Positions 33,255-36,249 of a DNA stretch of 36,249 nucleotides are shown one piece after another (the first letter of the stretch is position 1; each line of letters opens with the position of its first letter). Where the stretch lies: IMG/VR virus record IMGVR_UViG_3300028423_000524, positions 1 to 36,249 of that record; one strand, written 5' to 3'. A model generated the notes under the pieces. The model did not search any database, was not told the origin of the DNA, and was given only the letters and a program-made list of their open reading frames with translations. Position numbers and translations under genes: made by a program. The stretch is from a virus. Lineage: Duplodnaviria; Caudoviricetes.

Positions 33255-34906
33255 GCGACGAACTCGCCAACAAGGTAATCAAGGGCTACGATGCGCTGAA
33301 AAACGCTCGTTCGACCTTCGAGCAAACGCTGGATGACATCACTTTTTATGTCCTGCCTGAGTATGAGTCGCAAAACGAGCGCAACAAGGGCAGCGAGACT
33401 CCCGACCGTCCCGTTTCGTCTGCGCCGACCGATGCGGCGATTCTGCTAGGCGGGCATCTGTTCAGCCATACCGTCAACACCGGGGAGCAATGGTTCACGC
33501 TACGGCCTCCGGGCGGTTCCGACGATGAGGACGGCGACCTGAAAGCTTGGTTGGATCACGCGCAACGGGCGACCCTCAAAGCGATCCAGAATAGCAATTT
33601 CAACGAGGCTTTCGGGGAGATGTGTACGCTCCTGGGCACCTACGGCACCGGGGCGTTTAGCACGGATTTCGACAGCGACCGGGAAGAACTGGTTTTCCGC
33701 AATCACCCTATCAACGGCAACGTTTATCTGGTCGAAGACGCGAACGGGCGGGTCAACGGGCTTTATCGGCTGTTGAGGATGACGGCAGAGCAGGCCGTCG
33801 AGCGGTTCGGCGATGGGCTTCCAGAGCGAATTACCGATTGCTACGGCGATCCGGCCAAAGCGGACACGCGGCACGATTTTATCCAGCATATCGGCGTTAA
33901 TCCCGATTACGACCCTGAGCGCCTGGACGCGGAAAGCATGAAATTCCGCTCGATCTACGTTTACCGCGACGAGGAAGTGGTCGTGAAGCGGTCGGGCTTC
34001 CGCACGTTCCCCTTTGCCTGTCCGCGGTTCCAGAAGGTTCGTGATTTTGCCTATGGCTACGGCGCGGGGCATAGCGCCCTACCCTCTATTCGCGAGCTGA
34101 ACCGGGCGGAAGCTGGTTTCATGGACGCTTACGAGATGGAGGCATGGCCTCCGGTCTGGCTACCTGACGAGGAAGCGGTTGAAAGCTCCGAAGTTGCACC
34201 CAGGGCGGTCAACTACTTCGATCCGCAACTCGGGCAACCGTTCCAACTCAAGACGAACGGCAACTCCAATGCTTTGTTCCAGCGCATCATGCAGCTTGAG
34301 CAACGCATCAACCGGCAATTCTTCGTCGATGTGTTTTTGGCCGTCTCGCAACGCTACGGCGGCGATAAAACGGCGCGGGAAGTCGAGGAAATCGCAGAGG
34401 AAAAGCTTTCGAGTATCGGGCCGATGGTGTCCCGGCTGCAAAGCGAGTGTTTCGCGCCTTTGATCGAGCGGGTTGTCGATATTCTGATGGAGGCCGGGGT
34501 GATTGACCCAGCCCCCGAGTCGATTGCGGGCAAAGGATTCCGCGTGGTTTACACGTCCCGGATCGACTCAAAGCTGGCCGCAATCGAAGTCGGGCAATTT
34601 CTCCGGGCGGCTGGCGAGGTCCACAATCTCACGATGCTGGCCGCTGAGACACAGGGGCGCATGGATAAAGTGCTTAAGGTGCAGGAATCGGCAATCGACA
34701 TTTTGGAGCGGCGCAATGTGCGGCATGACCTGATTGTGAGTGACCGGGAGCGCAAAAAGATGGAGGAAGCCGAAGCGCAGGCAATGGCCGAAGCGAAGCA
34801 GCAGGAAGCGCTCGCGCAACACGCGGGCAAGGTCGATCCGATGAAGCGCCCGGAAGACGGCAGTATGGCCGCTGAAATGGCGGGGCAACCTGAAAGGCAG
34901 GCATGA
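33251..34906 (+). CDS. portal / head-to-tail connector (T7 gp8, BPP-1 Bbp21-like)
   Basis: WF.L, SNF, YGTG, FPF...R......YG.G, TA.EV.....EK....GP...RLQ.E...PLI.R motifs; 551 aa. Confidence 0.92.
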   Translation: MSDELANKVIKGYDALKNARSTFEQTLDDITFYVLPEYESQNERNKGSETPDRPVSSAPTDAAILLGGHLFSHTVNTGEQWFTLRPPGGSDDEDGDLKAWLDHAQRATLKAIQNSNFNEAFGEMCTLLGTYGTGAFSTDFDSDREELVFRNHPINGNVYLVEDANGRVNGLYRLLRMTAEQAVERFGDGLPERITDCYGDPAKADTRHDFIQHIGVNPDYDPERLDAESMKFRSIYVYRDEEVVVKRSGFRTFPFACPRFQKVRDFAYGYGAGHSALPSIRELNRAEAGFMDAYEMEAWPPVWLPDEEAVESSEVAPRAVNYFDPQLGQPFQLKTNGNSNALFQRIMQLEQRINRQFFVDVFLAVSQRYGGDKTAREVEEIAEEKLSSIGPMVSRLQSECFAPLIERVVDILMEAGVIDPAPESIAGKGFRVVYTSRIDSKLAAIEVGQFLRAAGEVHNLTMLAAETQGRMDKVLKVQESAIDILERRNVRHDLIVSDRERKKMEEAEAQAMAEAKQQEALAQHAGKVDPMKRPEDGSMAAEMAGQPERQA

Positions 34907-35154
34907 TCGAGACGCAACGGGCAGACACGCGCAAAAGCGCAAAGCGGATCGGGCGGTTGGTCGAGCAAGTCTCTCGTATTCCCGAGGGGCGCGAACTGCT
35001 GGCCGAATTGGATGAGTTTTGCGGTCACGGCAAATGCGTCTTTAATCCACAGAGCGAGAGGCAGAACAACTTCAACCAGGGCAAGCAGGCGGTGATCGCT
35101 TGGCTGCACGACAAACACGAAAAATACAAAGGAGAAATGAACGATGAAGATTAA
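34903..35154 (+). CDS. Bbp19-like protein
   Basis: PEG..LL..L..FC......F.......FN.G...V pattern between portal and scaffold. Confidence 0.7.
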   Translation: MIETQRADTRKSAKRIGRLVEQVSRIPEGRELLAELDEFCGHGKCVFNPQSERQNNFNQGKQAVIAWLHDKHEKYKGEMNDED

Positions 35155-35953
35155 AATGGGATTCCTGAGAGAAGAAGCTGGCGAAGCGCCCGATGGTGGC
35201 GGCGCCGGCGGTGAAGGTGGGGGCGAAGCCCCTTGGTATCAGAGCGCGGGTTTTTCCGAGGACACGCTGGCCGATGAGAGTGTGGCCGGACTGCTCGGCA
35301 AATACCAAAGCCCGGATGAGTTCGCAAAAGGCGCGGCGAACCTGAACAAGAAGATCGGTGAGAAGGGCATTATCCCTCCCGGCGAGGATGCGAGCCCGGA
35401 AGAACGTGCAGAATTTTACAATCAACTCGGGCGACCTGAAAGCCCGGAAAAGTATTCATGGGAGCCGCCGGAAGGCATGGAACTGGACAAGGAGATTTTC
35501 CAGGACCGTCTTGGGAAGCTCCATGAGGCCGGGTTGAGTGACGCGCAAGTTTCGCAGGCGATGAATCTTTACGCGGAGGAAGTGAATCGCGGCCTCGAAG
35601 ACTTCCAAAACCAGCAAGCCGAGGTCGCGAAAGAGACGGAAGCGAGCTTGAAGGAGGAGTGGGGTAAGGATTACGACGAGCGCGTGAAATCGGCGGCAAA
35701 GGTCGCGGAAAAGTTCGGCGTGATCGACGCCTTCAAGGAGTCCGGCCTGATCAACAACCTCGGCGTCATCAAGCTTTTGGACGGTGTGGCACGTTCGACC
35801 CGCGAGGACGGCGTTGACGGCTCGCAGGGAGCGCAAGGCACGGCTGAGGAACAGCTTGCCTCGATCAAGGCTCACCCCGGTTGGAAGGATAAGACGCACC
35901 CGGAACACCGTTCACTTGTCGAGCGGGCGGTAAGCCTCCGCGCAAAGCTTTAG
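35144..35953 (+). CDS. capsid scaffolding protein
   Basis: FY..LGRPE.PE.Y, GLS..Q, LK.EWG..YD motifs; acidic; precedes the capsid gene. Confidence 0.85.
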   Translation: MKIKMGFLREEAGEAPDGGGAGGEGGGEAPWYQSAGFSEDTLADESVAGLLGKYQSPDEFAKGAANLNKKIGEKGIIPPGEDASPEERAEFYNQLGRPESPEKYSWEPPEGMELDKEIFQDRLGKLHEAGLSDAQVSQAMNLYAEEVNRGLEDFQNQQAEVAKETEASLKEEWGKDYDERVKSAAKVAEKFGVIDAFKESGLINNLGVIKLLDGVARSTREDGVDGSQGAQGTAEEQLASIKAHPGWKDKTHPEHRSLVERAVSLRAKL

Positions 35954-35996
35954 GATTTGCTTAGTGGCATAGTCAGTTGGTTCCTGGCGAGACAGT

Positions 35997-36030
35997 AAGG
36001 CCCTTCGGAATAAGCCCGAAGGGCCTTTTT
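35997..36030 (+). terminator. Rho-independent terminator
   Basis: AAGGCCCTTCGG-aataagc-CCGAAGGGCCTT perfect 12-bp stem ending in a T run. Confidence 0.85.
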
Positions 36031-36037
36031 GTGTCCC

Positions 36038-36047
36038 GGCGTATATA
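36038..36047 (+). promoter_or_regulatory. putative late promoter GGCGTATATA for the capsid gene
   Basis: Immediately after the terminator and ~135 nt upstream of the capsid ATG. Confidence 0.65.
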
Positions 36048-36181
36048 GAATGAACGGACACCCGAATCTCTCGGCCCGCTCGCGAAAAGGGTGGCGACCT
36101 ACCGCAAGGAAAGCCCCGGCCTGACCGGACACGCGAGCCGAATTATTCACTACGTTTTAATTCCAACAAAGGAGATTCATC

Positions 36182-36249
36182 ATGTCAGACATGACCCACT
36201 ATTTCCAGCAATTTAACGAAAATGTTAAAGACCTTGCTGGCGCTCCGAG
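36182..36249 (+). CDS. major capsid protein, N-terminus (partial)
   Basis: AAGGAG RBS; MSDMTHYFQQFNENVKDLAGAP runs off the window end; follows the scaffold gene. Confidence 0.75.
   Translation, partial: MSDMTHYFQQFNENVKDLAGAP

Overview
Near-complete genome of a temperate podovirus-type phage with a BPP-1/T7-like virion module. It is circularly permuted and opened inside the major capsid gene (start at 36182, end at 1-141). Gene order: two tandem tail-adaptor paralogs, tail nozzle, three internal virion proteins (the largest a polyvalent protein with ART-like modules), SGNH tail spike, lysis-region genes, tyrosine integrase beside an attP made of the 3' half of tRNA-Leu(TAG), a divergent pair of ribbon-helix-helix regulators, Xis-like gene, RecT/RecE, initiator with iterons, DnaC-like loader, RusA-like gene, T4 gp55-like sigma factor, accessory region, TerS/TerL, portal, scaffold. 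The most notable feature is an integron-like cassette array at 27.8-30.4 kb with no IntI in the window. It has four attC-like hairpin sites on the minus strand and one attI-like site. The phage ORFs run antisense to these sites, start inside the attC loops and cross the core in a conserved frame. Also found: a five-copy GGCGTAWATA motif that fits a late promoter, a GTCGAACA operator repeat, and several abrupt frame breaks that could be deletions or assembly joins. All family assignments come from motif recognition by eye; no database search was run.
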